DNA from: the human T2T-CHM13v2.0 reference genome, Homo sapiens | Strand: one strand, 5' to 3' | Length of the DNA stretch: 64,000 nucleotides | Assembly: GCF_009914755.1 (NCBI RefSeq) | Contig: NC_060929.1 | Part shown: positions 27,702 to 43,355 of the stretch, in pieces | Numbering within the stretch: position 1 is the stretch's first letter | Layout: every line of letters begins with the position of its first letter | The notes under the pieces: generated by a model | What the model saw: only the letters and a program-made list of their open reading frames with translations | Databases searched by the model: none | Told to the model about the DNA's origin: nothing | Made by a program: the position numbers and the translations under genes

Positions 27702-28873
27702 TTTTTCTTTTTTTTTTTTTTCCAACTTTTTAAGTTCTGGGGTACATGTGCAGGATGTGTAGGTTTGTTACATAGGCAAACGTGTGCCATGGTGGTTTGT
27801 TGCACAGATCAACCCATCACCTAAGTATTAAACCCAGCATTCACTAACTATTCTTCCTGATGCTCTCCCTTTGCCCACCCCTAATCCCCATCCCCATCTC
27901 CCGACAGGCCCCAGTGTGTGTTTTTCCCCACCATGTGTCCATGTGTTCTCAATGTTCAGTTCCCACTTATGAGTGGGAACATGCTGTTTGGTTTTCTGTT
28001 CCTGCATTAGTTTGCTGAGGAGGCTGGCTTCCAGCTTCATCGATATCCCTGCTAAGGACATGATCACATTCCTTTTTATGGCTGCATGGTATTCCATGGT
28101 GTATATGTACCACATTTTCTTTATCCAGTCTATGATTGATGGGCATTTAGATTGATTCCATGTCTTTGCTATTGTGAATAGTGCTGCAGTAAACATAGGT
28201 GTGCATGTGTCTTTGTAGTAGAATGATTTATATTCCTTTGGGTATTTACACAGTAATGGGATTGCTGGGTCAAATCGTATTTCTGCCTCTAGATCTTTGA
28301 GGAACCACCACACTGTCTTCCACAGTGGTTGAACTAATTGACACTCACACCAACAGTATAAAAGCATTACTTTTTCTCCATAACCTCGCCAGCATCTGTT
28401 GTTTTCTGACTTTTTAATAGTTACCATTCTGACTGGTGTGAGACGGTATCTCATTGTGGTTTTGATTTGCATTTTTCTAATGATCAGTGATGTTGAGCTT
28501 TTTTTTCATATGTTGGCCCCATGAATGTCTTCTTTTGACAAGTGTCTGTTCATGTCCTTTGCCTGCTTTTTAATGGCATTTTTTTCTTGTAAATAAGTTT
28601 AAGTTCCTTATAGACTCTGGTTATTAGACTTTTGTCAGATGGACAGATTGCAAAAATTTTCTCCCGTTTTGTAGGTTTTCTGTTCACTCTGCTGATAGTT
28701 TGTTTTGCTGTGCAGAAGCTCTTTAGTTTAATTAGATCTCATTTGTCAATTTTTGCTTTTGTTGCATTGCTTTTGTAGTTTTTGTCATGAAATCTTTGCC
28801 CGTGCCTACACCCTGAATGGTATTGCCTAGGTTTTCTTCTACAGTTTTTATAGTTTTGGGTTTTACATTTAAA
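27702..28873 (-). mobile_element. 5'-truncated older L1PA (about L1PA10-13)
   Basis: L1PA 3' end with T tail; ORF2 C-terminal frame 27828..28472. Confidence 0.88.
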
Positions 28874-28999
28874 GGACCATACTTTTCTAATTGGAGAAGT
28901 TAGCATTGATTAGCCTTAGTTTTTCTGCCCATTAATAAGAGATACTGGGTGTGGGGGAACAAGCATTTGGAAAAGAGAATTTGTGATTATTTTAGTGAC

Positions 29000-31000
29000 A
29001 AAAGATTGTAATGGAGATTTTAAAAATACAAGAAAATGCTCTTAATCCCACTGCCCAGAAATAATCCCTATTAACATTTTGATATATTTTCATCTTATTT
29101 TAAAATAGGAAGTTCGTGTCATGTTGTATATACAGCTTTGTTTCATAACTTTTTTTAATCACTTATTTGTCCAAGCTTCCTCATCTTATTGCACTCTTTT
29201 AGAACTTTTAAATAGCTGTATTGTATACTTTCCTATAGCTGTATCAGTTTAACCATTTCTTCTGTTGTGTTGGACATTTGGGGTTTTGCTTTTGTAAATA
29301 AAGCTGTAGTGAGCATTCTTGGCATACATACATTTGCAAATATCTTGGATTATTTCCATAGGATATTTTTAAAGACCAGATATTCATAGTACATAGGGTA
29401 TAAATACTTCTATGGCTCTTGAAACATAATGCCAAATTGTGCTCCAGGATTGCTACATGTACTAGTGTATAATCCCACTTTTCAGTGTGTGAGAATATCT
29501 ATTTTACCACATCTTTCTCAAAATGTGGTAATCCTATGATAATCATTTTAAAAATAATTATGTAAAATGTGCATTTCTTTGATTACTAATGAGGTTGAAA
29601 TTTTTTGTATGTTTATTTTTCTTTTGTATTTTGTAAGCTGCCTGTTCAGAGTTTTTAAAAATGCAGTTTTTTTCAGTAACATGTTTATCTGATAATTTTG
29701 TATTGATTTGTACCTAGTGAAATGTATTAACTAATTGTTGTATATGTTGCTTATTATTTAGATTTTGCCATCTAATCTTGATTATGAATGCTTTATATCA
29801 TCAAATTTCTAAATTTTTATGTGGTCAAATATATTACCTTTTCATTATGATTTCTTTCCCCTCATCTTTTCTGAATGTTTAGAATGACTTTTCTTCACGC
29901 CAAGAGCAGATAATGCCCTATAGTCTATAGAGTGTATTTTAGTGTCTTTATAGTTGTTTTTTGTCTCGTTTTGTTTTTTTTTTAACATTCAATTTTTAAT
30001 CCATTTGGAATTCTTTTGAGATACAGGGATTTTGTTTTTCCTCCCCCAATTTAAATAATTCTCCCAACAGCATTTGCTGACAACCTTTTGTATTTCCATT
30101 GACTTGAAATGCTATCTTGATCAGTGCTTTAATTTTCATATGCACCACCATTGTGTATATTGTGTAAATTCCAATTTTGGTATTGTCAGAGTTTGTTTTT
30201 CTATCTCATGGTTTTGAAATGATATATGATTGTTTTTGCACTTCTTGATTACTAGTGCTGTTACACCTCTTTTCACATGTTTATTGACCTCTTTCTATTG
30301 CTTGTTCAGATCTTTTGCTAGTTTTTCGATTAGTTTGTATTTTCATGGATTTGTAACAATTCTTTATATATTCTGGGTAGCAATTTTCTGTTATATGCAT
30401 TACAACTATCTTTTCCTAGTCCATGATTTGACTTTTTACTTTTTGTAAATTTCAGTGTAATTAAATTCGTCAATTTTGTGTGGTGTGTGTTTTCCATTCT
30501 TAATTTGACAGATACTTACTGAGCATCTACTGTTTCAGGGACTATTTTGGGTACTTGGGATAGGTCATAAACAAAATACACAGTATTTCTAGAGTTCATA
30601 TTCTAGAAGCTCAAGAAATATTCATAAAAATATTCACATGTATTTTTCCCTGAAAGTGTTTAAGTTTTGCTTTTTCAGTTTTAGATCATGAATTTACCTC
30701 GAATTAATCTTTGTATATGATGCGAAGTAAGAAATGTTTTTTTTTCCTATATGAGTAACCAGTTATCCAGGCACCGTTTATTGATTAACACATTGTTTCT
30801 TCACTGTTTTGTAGTGACACCTCTGTTAGATACCAAGTTTCTGCATTTGTGTGGGTTTGTTTCTGTGTCTGTTTTGTTTATTGGTACACTTCTCTGTCCT
30901 TGCATCTGTATTACACTCTTAATTACTATGGTTCTATAATAAGCCTTGATATCATAGGTCTTCCTACTTTGTTTTTCTTCAAAATGGTTTGACCTGTTTT
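29000..31000 (-). mobile_element. Highly degraded L1ME-type fragments
   Basis: Scattered L1 3'/ORF2 motifs (tgcatttctttgattactaatgaggttga, ccagttatccaggcaccgtttattga). Confidence 0.5.
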
Positions 31001-31003
31001 TAG

Positions 31004-31412
<409 letters not shown>

Positions 31413-31841
31413 TAAAATCCTGCTATATATTGGTGGTGTCTTCTGGTTTTAATAGTTCTTAAGATCCTTGAACGTCCTTGTGCAGCTTCTTTCTTTTTTA
31501 TATTTTTCTTATTTATGACCTCCCCCTTCCCTCCCTCTTCTCTTTCTTTCCTTTCTTCTTTTCTTTTCTGTTACTGTTTTTGCTTCTATTGTTCTTTTCA
31601 TGTTCCCATCCTTGTTTTTTGTTTTTTTCTTATGGTCATTCTAAAGAGTACTTTAAAAATATATTTTTATTAAAGTAGTATATGGTGCATGTGTCGAGGG
31701 AAGCAAATAATACAGAGGCATATAAAACAACAGGTGCAAGTCCGTCTGATATCAGGTGGCCGAGACTTCCCAGATATTTTATGGGGGCATGTATAAATCT
31801 GTGTCTGTTGAAAAAAAGGTCATATACAGACTGTTCTGTAG

Positions 31842-32172
<331 letters not shown>

Positions 32173-32459
32173 AGCTTGCTTTATTTTATTTAGTATTTTA
32201 AAAGACATTCTTCTATCGCTAATTTATTCTCATGGCTGCATTGTATGTATATACAGTAATTTAACCAATCCCCCATTGATGGACTTGTAGATGTCTACTT
32301 CCTGATCTTGCAGCTTTCAGACACTACTGATCCTCACTGGCAAAGTGGAAGTTGGGTAATTTATTTTCTCTCTCCTTACGCCTTCCCTTTTACTCTTTTA
32401 AATTTAGTGGGGTTCTACCAAGAACTTTCCTGTATACTCTTCAGAGCACTGGCATGTAG

Positions 32460-32844
<385 letters not shown>

Positions 32845-33111
32845 TCTATTAACATACGGTATCCTGGAGGAGAGTGTTTGTCATATAGTGTTATAAGTAG
32901 CAGTCTGATTGTAGAGTTGAAAAATGAATGAGTTGGAGAAAATGGAGATGGAGAATTTAAGCAGCTCTTTGCCACACACTTGACTATGAGAGAGCAGGGA
33001 ATGAAGAGATGCAGATTTTGGGATTTTTCATTTTATTGGTGTTATACTTTTTGAAAGAAGTTAAAGTTGGATCTCTGTGTTACATAATTTTCCTTCTCTT
33101 AATCCTCCTAG

Positions 33112-33210
33112 CCTCCACCAGGCGGTGTGAAGATGCCTAATGTACCCAATACACAACCAGCAATAATGAAACCAACAGAGGAACATCCAGCTTATACACA
33201 GATTGCAAAG
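33112..33210 (+). CDS. SCAMP1: SCAMP1 exon 3 ([33 protein letters not shown]), 99 nt, phase 0-0
   Basis: Pyrimidine tract plus ctag|CCT acceptor, AAG|gttagt donor; in frame with exon 2. Confidence 0.97.
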
Positions 33211-34132
33211 GTTAGTTCATGTTAGTTGTATAAATTCATATTGGCCATTATAATATCAATAACATTTGCTTTCAGAGCAAAATAAATCTTTATATGGTTA
33301 CATTTCTGTTGCTTAATTTTTAACTCACTTTCAAGTCTGGATTTGCTGTCTTGTCACCCTTCAAATACTCATTCCTCTTTTTGTCAGCTTATACCATTTG
33401 CTTTATTCCATTATTAGGAATTATTGAATTTATGTATCATCTCAGTGGATAAATTTTTATTGCCTTTGGTCCCACTTTTTAATGCACACTACCATTAAGG
33501 TAAAAATGATGGAATAATAGATATTATTGGGAGAGCGTTGCAATGGTAAAATAACAGTGTTAGGAGGTAGAAGATGGCAAAAATCTGAGAAGAAAGGAGA
33601 TTAATAAGATGCCTGATAGCATGTAAGGGCAAATTGAGTTATAAAGAATTTCTTAATCACATCTTTTGACCTCATTCTCCTATAACATTTAAGATATTAG
33701 AAAATATTCTTGCATTGGTGGCCTTATATATCATTTAATCTGATTAATAGGAGCCAATTCAGTTGCCCTTTTTTCTATTGTTCATTTTCCTCAACTGTTC
33801 CCATTGCCTCTGTTCTTCACTCATTTAGGCATAGAGGTCATCTTAATTTCATTTTCCAGATTACCTAAAGATTGTGACTACTTTTACTAAGAGAAGTTTT
33901 CCTCTCCTAATGGACCCAACATTCCCACTGAGAGTTTCTGGAACCCAAAGACCAAATGGACCAAATATCCTCATAATATTTTCTGTAACTATGATCTTCA
34001 GTAAATTCCTGTACTTTGGAAGTGTGTTTGAATTAGGTTTCTCTCATAGTAGAGAAGTAGGAGTTAGCATATAAATGTTAAAGTATTTTATACTTCTGAC
34101 AGTCTATTCACATATTGATATTTTTTATTTAG

Positions 34133-34241
34133 GAACATGCATTGGCCCAAGCTGAACTTCTTAAGCGCCAGGAAGAACTAGAAAGAAAAGCCGCAGAATT
34201 AGATCGTCGGGAACGAGAAATGCAAAACCTCAGTCAACATG
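34133..34241 (+). CDS. SCAMP1: SCAMP1 exon 4 ([37 protein letters not shown]), coiled coil, 109 nt, phase 0-1
   Basis: ttttttatttag|GAA acceptor, CATG|gtagta donor; conserved SCAMP coiled coil [18 protein letters not shown]. Confidence 0.97.
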
Positions 34242-35149
34242 GTAGTATCCAAAGAAATTTGAAATAAAAATAACTTTTAAATACTTTACATTATGTCTAT
34301 ACTAGCTCCTAGGTCATTTGGCCTGTGGATAAAACCCTACCCTGTTTTCCTGTTCTAACAAGGAGATCAGACACAGCAGATTGCCTGTTTGATACTCTGT
34401 AGCCTTCTAATCTTGGCTGATTTGCATAGTCTTTTGTTGATAGCTTAGAACAGTGTTAGCCTCATCACACAGAAAATGAATGTGAATATGATAATTTTTG
34501 CTTACTCTGAGGCCAGGAGCCTTTGATTCTGCAGTTAGGCCCTCCTTGGTTCTGTGGACTCTTTATGAGTACATTTGCATGTACCCTACATTTGACTTTT
34601 ACCTGATTTATTCAGGTTAATTTCAGATTATCTGCCCCAGTCCTCGCAAGTATTTTGTCAAATCATGTTAGAAAAATTGGAAGCCTAAGGTATTCATATG
34701 ATGCCAAAGAAATAAGTGGTGAATTGTTGCAGTGAATTCTATTAAGTTTGTGCCTGCCAAAGCACTTCAAAGGAGTCTCTTAGGGAAAGCTAGCAGTCTC
34801 TGAGTAAGAAGAGATAAAAGAGCTAGATAAGTCATTGTTAGGATGTCTGGGATAGTGATGCAATGCAAAGCTAGAACAATAACAATATACAGAACTATTT
34901 CTTTTTAACTTAGAATGTGTAAGTCTAGGGCCTCATGAGAACACATTTATCCTGGGTCATTTTCTTGCTTGCAGCATCAGAGGTAGCATCTATAGAAGGA
35001 GAAACTAAAAGTTGAACTGGGACCAATGTTTCTGAAGTACCTGTAACTAAAATCCATCCTATTTCTTTAGCACTGGCAAATACAAACTATTTCTATGAGA
35101 GTTATGTTAGTAAAGACAGTAACAAAGAGTAGGAAATTAACAATTAGAC

Positions 35150-35370
35150 TGCAGTATGTTAGCACATTTTAGTACTTTTCCCCTCTTAACTCATACTTAA
35201 ATCATCAATACAATCCTGTGAGGGGTGATAGAGTTTTTATTCTCATTTTACAGATATGGAAACTAAGGCTCGGAGGAGAGAGTAAGTTGCCCAAGGCGAC
35301 CTTGCCAGTAAGTGGCTAGCCACTTCTGGTTCCAGAGCCTCTCTTCTTTACGAGTATTCACTGCCGCTTC
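35150..35370 (-). mobile_element. MIR
   Basis: MIR core ctcattttacagatatggaaactaaggctcggagga. Confidence 0.75.
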
Positions 35371-36366
35371 TCAAATAGTATGAGATTGGTATGAGAAATG
35401 AACTATATGAAATTTGAATAGTATGATAAATGGAACACAGGAGACTCATTGGGGAGAATCAGAAATAGGTTATTGTTCTTTCTATAAAAATTACCCTGGT
35501 CTGGGAAAAGTAGGTAAAATTGAATTTTTAAAAACTGTGGGATATAACATCTAAAATCGGGAAATGGCCTTAGGTGCTGTTTTTACCCTCTATTTTCATG
35601 TTTTGACTTCTTTATTTTAATTTTTTATTTCCCCCACCATTTCTCAAGTCTTATTTTTAATCTGGTTTCTTTATGTAGACACATTTTTTTCCCTTTACAG
35701 TTTGAATTTGTTTTTCTCTGCATTTTTAAAGGTTCTATAATTCTTCAGCTTCCTTATCATGACTGTTTCATGTTTTCTTTGTTGTAGGGTTTTCGTACAT
35801 GTATCTTTTGGATATTATTTTTTCCCAGATTTTGAGTATTCTAAATTTGATTCTTTGGTATTGGTTTAATCTTGGACTTAACAGAAAACTTGAAAAAATT
35901 AGAAGCTAGTCTTTCTCCACTTGAGATAGGAATTATAACAGAATTATATTTGAAGATTTAAGATGCTGAGGAGAAAATTGAAGTTTAAAAACTGGATGGC
36001 CCTTTCATGCCAGCCAGACTCTTTGGACTGTGAAATAAATCTGTTTTAGGGTAGAAGCACTGGATATGTGCTTTCTTTTTGTTTCTTGTTTTTTCTGTAC
36101 ATAAATGGTTCCTGCTAAACATGGTATGATATGACACTGGAAAATTATTTTACTATCTAATGTGCTCTAAGGTGATGATATTCTGAGAAAATTTTTTAAA
36201 AATCTAAAGCTTGTCTTTCAGAGTTCTAGGAATACAAAGATATAGTTCTACAGTTTTTCTGAACTTTTGTTAACATAATAGAGTTTTTCTTTATTATGAA
36301 ACAAAAAATAATATCACATTTGTTATAATATAAATAACCTTTTCTTTTTCTAAAAAAAATTTACAG

Positions 36367-36495
36367 GTAGAAAAAATAATTGGCCACCTCTTCCTAGCAA
36401 TTTTCCTGTCGGACCTTGTTTCTATCAGGATTTTTCTGTAGACATTCCTGTAGAATTCCAAAAGACAGTAAAGCTTATGTACTACTTGTGGATGT
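36367..36495 (+). CDS. SCAMP1: SCAMP1 exon 5 ([44 protein letters not shown]), 129 nt, phase 1-1
   Basis: ttacag|GT acceptor, ATGT|gtgagt donor; SCAMP signature NNWPPLP...PCFYQDF. Confidence 0.97.
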
Positions 36496-37649
36496 GTGAG
36501 TATACAACAATTTACATCTTTGCTTAGAATTTGTATTTTTGTTGTCAAAATCCGCATTTTTATTTCAAGGATAGTATAGCAAACCAGTCTTCTTTTTCTA
36601 TAGATAAAGCTTAATAATCATGATTTCAGAGTGAAACATATCCTATTTAGGTACTTCAGAATTGTACTATATGTGACAATGTAAGTCCTTGGCTGAGAAA
36701 AACTTGTATGTTGAGAACTGGCATTCTTTTGAGGAAAAGACAACTTCTCTGTCATGTGGGTAAAATTTTATAAGATTCTTTTTCCTTGAAAGATGTTATC
36801 TAGACATGATTTGCTTGGAAAAAATAGTGCATACTAATTTTATGCAGAGGAAGGCCATTTAAAAGAATTCTGTTAAATGTAGGCGTTTTAGCTATTTTTA
36901 AAAGGGCATAAAATTATTACATAAACTAAGTGTTCTTTTTATAGCTTTGAGTACAGTTTACTTTTTGTTTTCAATTGCGATACTTTTATTATTGAAAGTG
37001 CTTAATTAATACAGGACATTTTGTTGAACGGAACATTAGAATATACGTTTGGGGCTCTGATGCTTACATCACTTTGAGTATAATAACTCATGGAATACTG
37101 AAACAAAATGTCAAGCCGTTAACAGTTTTACTCTGTGTGCACAGACCTCCCACTTACTCTCTGTTTCATTTTTATTCCAAACAGTAGTCTCAGCCTCATT
37201 TTGATACCCTGTCAGAAGGGGAGGTAGCTATTGAGGGTTCTCACATGCACAACATCTGGGTTAATGGATAATTTGTAGGGTACATTCTTGATGGAGGAAA
37301 TTTACTTGTTTTTACTTTATGATTAATGAGACTACCACCCTTCCCTTAATGGATGAGATAATTTTCCTTAAAATCTTTTAGGAGCATTCTTCATGTATGT
37401 CAAGTTGTTTTGGAATGTGAGAAGTGTTTCCTAATGGATAGTCTATTTTTAACTCTTCATTAGTATTTTTCGAGATATTCTTGATCTAATATCTTTTGCT
37501 GAATCCTCAGTGTCAGTAGTATATATTTTTAATATTAAATGTCTGATTCCATATATGTACATGCTAACCAACTCTTATTTAATCAATATAATATATGCAT
37601 TTATATTTTATATATGTTTATTTTTTTAAATGGGCAGAAATTGTCCTAG

Positions 37650-37827
<178 letters not shown>

Positions 37828-39392
37828 ATCTATACTTGGAATAATTTTCATGAACTTTAAAGTGTAATTATACATATATTTTATCTTTCTTTCAGTGGAT
37901 TAGGAAATAACCTAATTTGAAAATTGAAATTTAAGTTAGAATGTTCTTAAGGTCTAAAACTTTTTAAGGCAGCTGGATGCTATTTAATGCTGCAGAGTAA
38001 TAATTTTCTATTTCACAATCTTCAATTCTGTTTTTAAGATCTTAACACAACCACCCTTATTTTGAGGCCAAGGGTTTTGAGTAAATTTATTATGAGCAAG
38101 CATTCCTGAGAGTTAAAAATCCTAATGGGACTAGAGTAATGAGTGAGAGTGTCTCTTTTGTGATAGAATTGAATGGGATTTTAAAGTGGGAAAAGCTCCT
38201 GCATTTCTATGGCTGAAAAATTGAAGCTTACAGAGGTTGAGTGATTGGCTTAATATTAGATGACTACAACCTAAGTGACTTCATCTGGAGCTCTTTTTAA
38301 AAAAAAACAAAAAACAAAACTCTAGAGCTTGTTTACTTATCTGGTGGGTTAGGTAAGAGCAAATTTAGGCATCCCAGAATGTGTGTGTATATCCTGTTTC
38401 ATTAATTATTAACTTATTTGATTTGTAAAGAAATCTTAAAGTTTGAGATTTAAAAAACTAGATCCAATAGGTTTTCCCAGTTGTTAATTTTAATTCAAGT
38501 AATTTGTTGGCATATTTTTATTGATTTGATAATTTACATTAAACATCATTTTAGCTTATATAAGAATGTACTTACTATAATAAATTCAGCCTGTGAATAA
38601 ATTTTTAAAAAATCCTTTGAAACAGTTATTAATTACAATGGGTCAAAGTAGTTCTTTAGGATCATGGTATAGTTAGATGTTACTCAGATTTTTTGTTTTT
38701 GGTCTGTCAGGGAAAGCAATTATTAACAGCATATGATGAATTTGTCAACATCTATTTGTGTTAACTAAAAGAAAAGCCTGCCACAGTAGCTAAAATGTAT
38801 CATGTTGTGTGGGGGAGTGAGGAGGGGACTTAATAAATTTAATCCTCTACCAAAACGCAAGTTTTTTTCAGGATTTTACAAATGGACAGCTCTATGAAGT
38901 TGAATGAACAATCCTTATACATTGACTATATAGTCACTAGAAATTGCTACTGTATTAGTATTTTTAGTCCAGTGTTTAGTCTGCAGCCCCATTCTGTAAA
39001 GATATGGTTTTTCCTCCTAAGTCGTGGGTCTTTTCCTGGCAGACACTGCTTTTCTTCTTGGGCTTCAGATCAAGAGACATCACGTTTCCTTTTCGGGAAG
39101 AAGCCCTTAAGGTAGTGCGCCTCTGGTTTAGCTACATCATTGCCTGTGAGGAGGAGAGGGCCAACAGAATTTTTGCCAAACAGTACATGTATTAAGACTC
39201 GCTTTCCTGTGTATACTCTGTTTTCAAATCAAATATGTAAGATACAACAGTGTTTTGAAAAATATAAATGGAAACATGGAGTAGAATACATTTGCCCTTA
39301 GGAAGTATTTTTTTATTTACAATTTTTTGTTGGATGAATTCATAAATTGAATGTAAATCTTTCTTTTTCTATTTTGTTTTCTGATTCCACAG

Positions 39393-39552
39393 TCCATGCA
39401 GTAACACTGTTTCTAAATATCTTCGGATGCTTGGCTTGGTTTTGTGTTGATTCTGCAAGAGCGGTTGATTTTGGATTGAGTATCCTGTGGTTCTTGCTTT
39501 TTACTCCTTGTTCATTTGTCTGTTGGTACAGACCACTTTATGGAGCTTTCAG
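39393..39552 (+). CDS. SCAMP1: SCAMP1 exon 6 ([54 protein letters not shown]), TM1-TM2 and E-peptide, 160 nt, phase 1-2
   Basis: ttccacag|TC acceptor, TTCAG|gtaaaa donor; overlaps ORF 39347..39556; E-peptide [11 protein letters not shown]. Confidence 0.97.
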
Positions 39553-40097
39553 GTAAAATGTGTGTACTTTAAAATACACTCTTTAAAACCTGTGAAGTAA
39601 ATAATTCGTAGTATACATTAAAGGGAAAATTGATGCATTTTCATTAAAAAATTCTTGTATTGTTGTGTAACATACCTTCAGGAAAGTTCAATATAGCATG
39701 CCTGTGTATTCATTGGATTTTGTAAGTCATAAAATTCCATTTTTTTCTCCCATTTGATAAAAGACCAAACATGAAAATTGATGGAAAAATAAGAACAGTC
39801 TTAGAAGTTAATATTTATAAAATATTCTCTTCCATATGTTATACTTCAAGGAAAATTTTGCTGTTTGCCCACCCCACCTCCCAAATCAAAATCCCAATTG
39901 GTGCTTATGGTTTTTTTTTTTTAAATTAACCTAAGTAAGGTAAATATACATGCAATATTTAAAATGAGCCATTTGCACCTAGCAACTTGGATTATTTTCT
40001 TTATAAATCCATTTTAGGTTTTTTCAAAGGCAGCACCATTTTAAAAACGATTTATGCTACTAGGTTAAGTATAATGCTTTACATAGTATATTTTAAT

Positions 40098-40357
40098 CAG
40101 TGGTTAGGGTTAACATTTCCTTAGCGCATGTTCTGTGGGATATTAATAGGTGCTGGGGGAGAAAAAAAGAGCTCATAAGCTTAGTAAATTTGGGAACAGC
40201 TGGATAATAAGGTTAAGCAAGTTTCTTCATTTCAGGATTTCTTACACTCTTTAAGTACCTAGTATGATTTGTGCCTTATGACTTGACCATGCAACCATTA
40301 TTTTTCTGTGGAGTACTTTGTTGGACTATTGCTTTAAGAAGTATTGGGAAATACTGA
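40098..40357. mobile_element. MER103-like hAT DNA transposon
   Basis: gggatattaataggtg...taaatttgggaacagctgg...aggttaagcaagtttcttc...ttgggaaatactg. Confidence 0.6.
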
Positions 40358-41412
40358 TTGAAATGATAGTCCTATATGGGTTCATATATTTAATAGTTTT
40401 TTTAAACTCATTTTTATTTGAGTAAATTCTTGTGAATAACCATTTCAACTCTCGTGAATAAGGGGTAACATTACTAGGATATATGCGTGTGTTGTTTAAA
40501 GGATATATTAGGGAAATTAGAGGCCCACATTTAAGTGTTCAGTATGTTTTGCCATTGCAACCTAAAATCTCTTTAGTTAACCAGAATGTGTAACACACGC
40601 GTGCACACACACACACACACACAGAGTTAGAAACCCAGATCTGTAAACAGATGAGGGAAAAACAGAAGAGAACAGGAGATGGGAGAACATTAGGGAATTT
40701 GGAGAGAAAATGTATCAGACAATGAAGAAGTAAATTATTACTTAGAAATGGCATAAAGAGAAGAAATGATGAGAGGAGGAGTGAAGGGAAGAAATGATGG
40801 GAGAAGGGAAAGGAGAAAAGAACCTTTGGATACATTGAAATATGGGAGATTGGTTGCCAAGGAACGGGGAGAGCTTCTCCTGTAGAGATGGGTTGGAGAG
40901 GAATGAAAGGAACATAGTTACTCCTTGCATGATCTGAGTTATTGCTGTTATTTTCTTCGTTAGCTAAGCATGGCTCACAAGGCTTTTTCTGTTTTTTGTT
41001 AGTTTGTTTTGTTTTGTTTTTTTTGGACATCTAACCTCTGCCTAATGACCTCCATCACATTACCAGTATGTTATCGATCTGTGATGATGCTGGCTGGTGG
41101 GAGTGAGGATATCTTTATGAAACTTTTCAAAAAAGTGACCTGAGACTAGGGAATTTGGATTTTAAACCTTCTGTTACTTATGTAGCCAAAATAAATGACT
41201 AAAAGCCAGCTTTGTGCCTTTTATTTCCTGAAGTCACTTGGTATCTTTTTTTTTTTCCCCCCATTTTGGCAGTTGAAATAAAAATGCTTGGTGGAACATT
41301 TTTACTTGTGGCATTATTGATCCCTAGGCTGAGTTTTTAGCTGCATCTCAGTCTTTTAGAGTATATACAAATATATTAATAATCTGGTTTTCACTGTGCA
41401 GAGTAGAAATGA

Positions 41413-41749
<337 letters not shown>

Positions 41750-42021
41750 TCGAGAGGAATACTTTTTATGGGGAAAGTTGAATTAAAGTATTTATAATCA
41801 TTAATATACCTTCCTGTTATGTATCTTTGGCATTTCCTTATATTGATATATTTACAGGACTTTGTTCTCCGTAAGGTAAACTCATTGTAAAAATCTCAAG
41901 GAAAATTATATAGTGAAGTTTCAAATGTATGTGTTTTTAAAAGTTAAGTTTATTAGGTATCAGGATTAAACATGAAGTTGTCATTTTGTTATTTATGTAG
42001 TTTACAAAGATTGTAACTTGG

Positions 42022-42367
<346 letters not shown>

Positions 42368-42469
42368 TTATGCAAATACATCAAAATATTAGGTAATTAT
42401 TAACAAGGCAGCATTATTGTTGAATGTTGTTGAGTAACTATTAGAAACAGACTGAGAAAGAGTATTTGC

Positions 42470-42650
42470 ATAATGCTTAGTGATCTTGGCTTCCCCACTT
42501 AAAAAGCTGTGCGGTTCTGAGCACATGCAGTAAAACTCAGAGCCTCAGTTTGTTAGGTTTAAATGAGGGATATTTGTAGAGTTGAAAGAAGGATTAGAGA
42601 TAATGTATGCAAGTTTTGCATTATAGATGGTGAATAAATGGTAGCTGTAA
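42470..42650 (+). mobile_element. MIR
   Basis: ctcagagcctcagtttg...aaatgagggata...ggattagagataatgtatg. Confidence 0.6.
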
Positions 42651-43355
42651 TTAATTTTTAACTTTTTTTGGACCCTCTTAGATTTTATCATTTACATTTT
42701 ATGATCTATAAGTGAACTGTGATTTCTTATAGATTATATTTTACAGAGCCATTATTTGTAGCTTTGAAGACAATTTTCAAAGTAGTACTTTCTCCCACTT
42801 TTTAATTATGATGTATTTAATGCATACCAAAGAATACCTGAAACACAAGTTAAAAGGCATAATAATGAGTCATCTATGAACTGTGAGCCCACTGGTCAAT
42901 TTAAGAAATGGAACATTATCAATACCGCTGAAGCACTGGTATGTTTCCATTTCCCTGCTCCATAGGTAACCATTAGGTTGAATTTTGATAATTTTTGCTC
43001 ATTCTCTAGCATAATTTTAGTTTTTCATATATATTTGTACTCCCAAACCTTTTTTTAGCTTGTAGAGAATATTTTTAAAAGTATTTTAATATTTATAAAA
43101 GTGATACATCTTTGTATACAGGTTATTTTATATGCAGTTTTAAGTAGCTGTGCAAATACTTTTTTGGTAAAATAAAGACCCGTTTTAATCCTTTTCTACC
43201 AACAGTTCTTGCCGCTGACTTATGTGGGCATTTACCTTTATATTTTAAATAATGATCATATACTGCCATTCCTTGATTTTGTTTAAGTAGCTTTATTAGG
43301 ATATATTGTATATACTATAAAATTCACCCACTCTTATGGGAAAATTCAATGATTT

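Noticed and set aside
27828-28472. 214-aa ORF as a functional gene
   Set aside because: C-terminal ORF2 of a 5'-truncated L1 reading into its 3' UTR; no promoter
34245-34254. gtatcc after exon 4 as a possible U12-type donor
   Set aside because: Continues aaag rather than the required ttt, and using it does not give a valid junction for the known protein
39004-39195. 63-aa ORF as a mutually exclusive paralog of exon 6
   Set aside because: No resemblance to SCAMP transmembrane segments; the splice-phase readings end in premature stops
40539-41030. 163-aa - strand ORF
   Set aside because: Arises from a GA-rich low-complexity tract plus (CA)n
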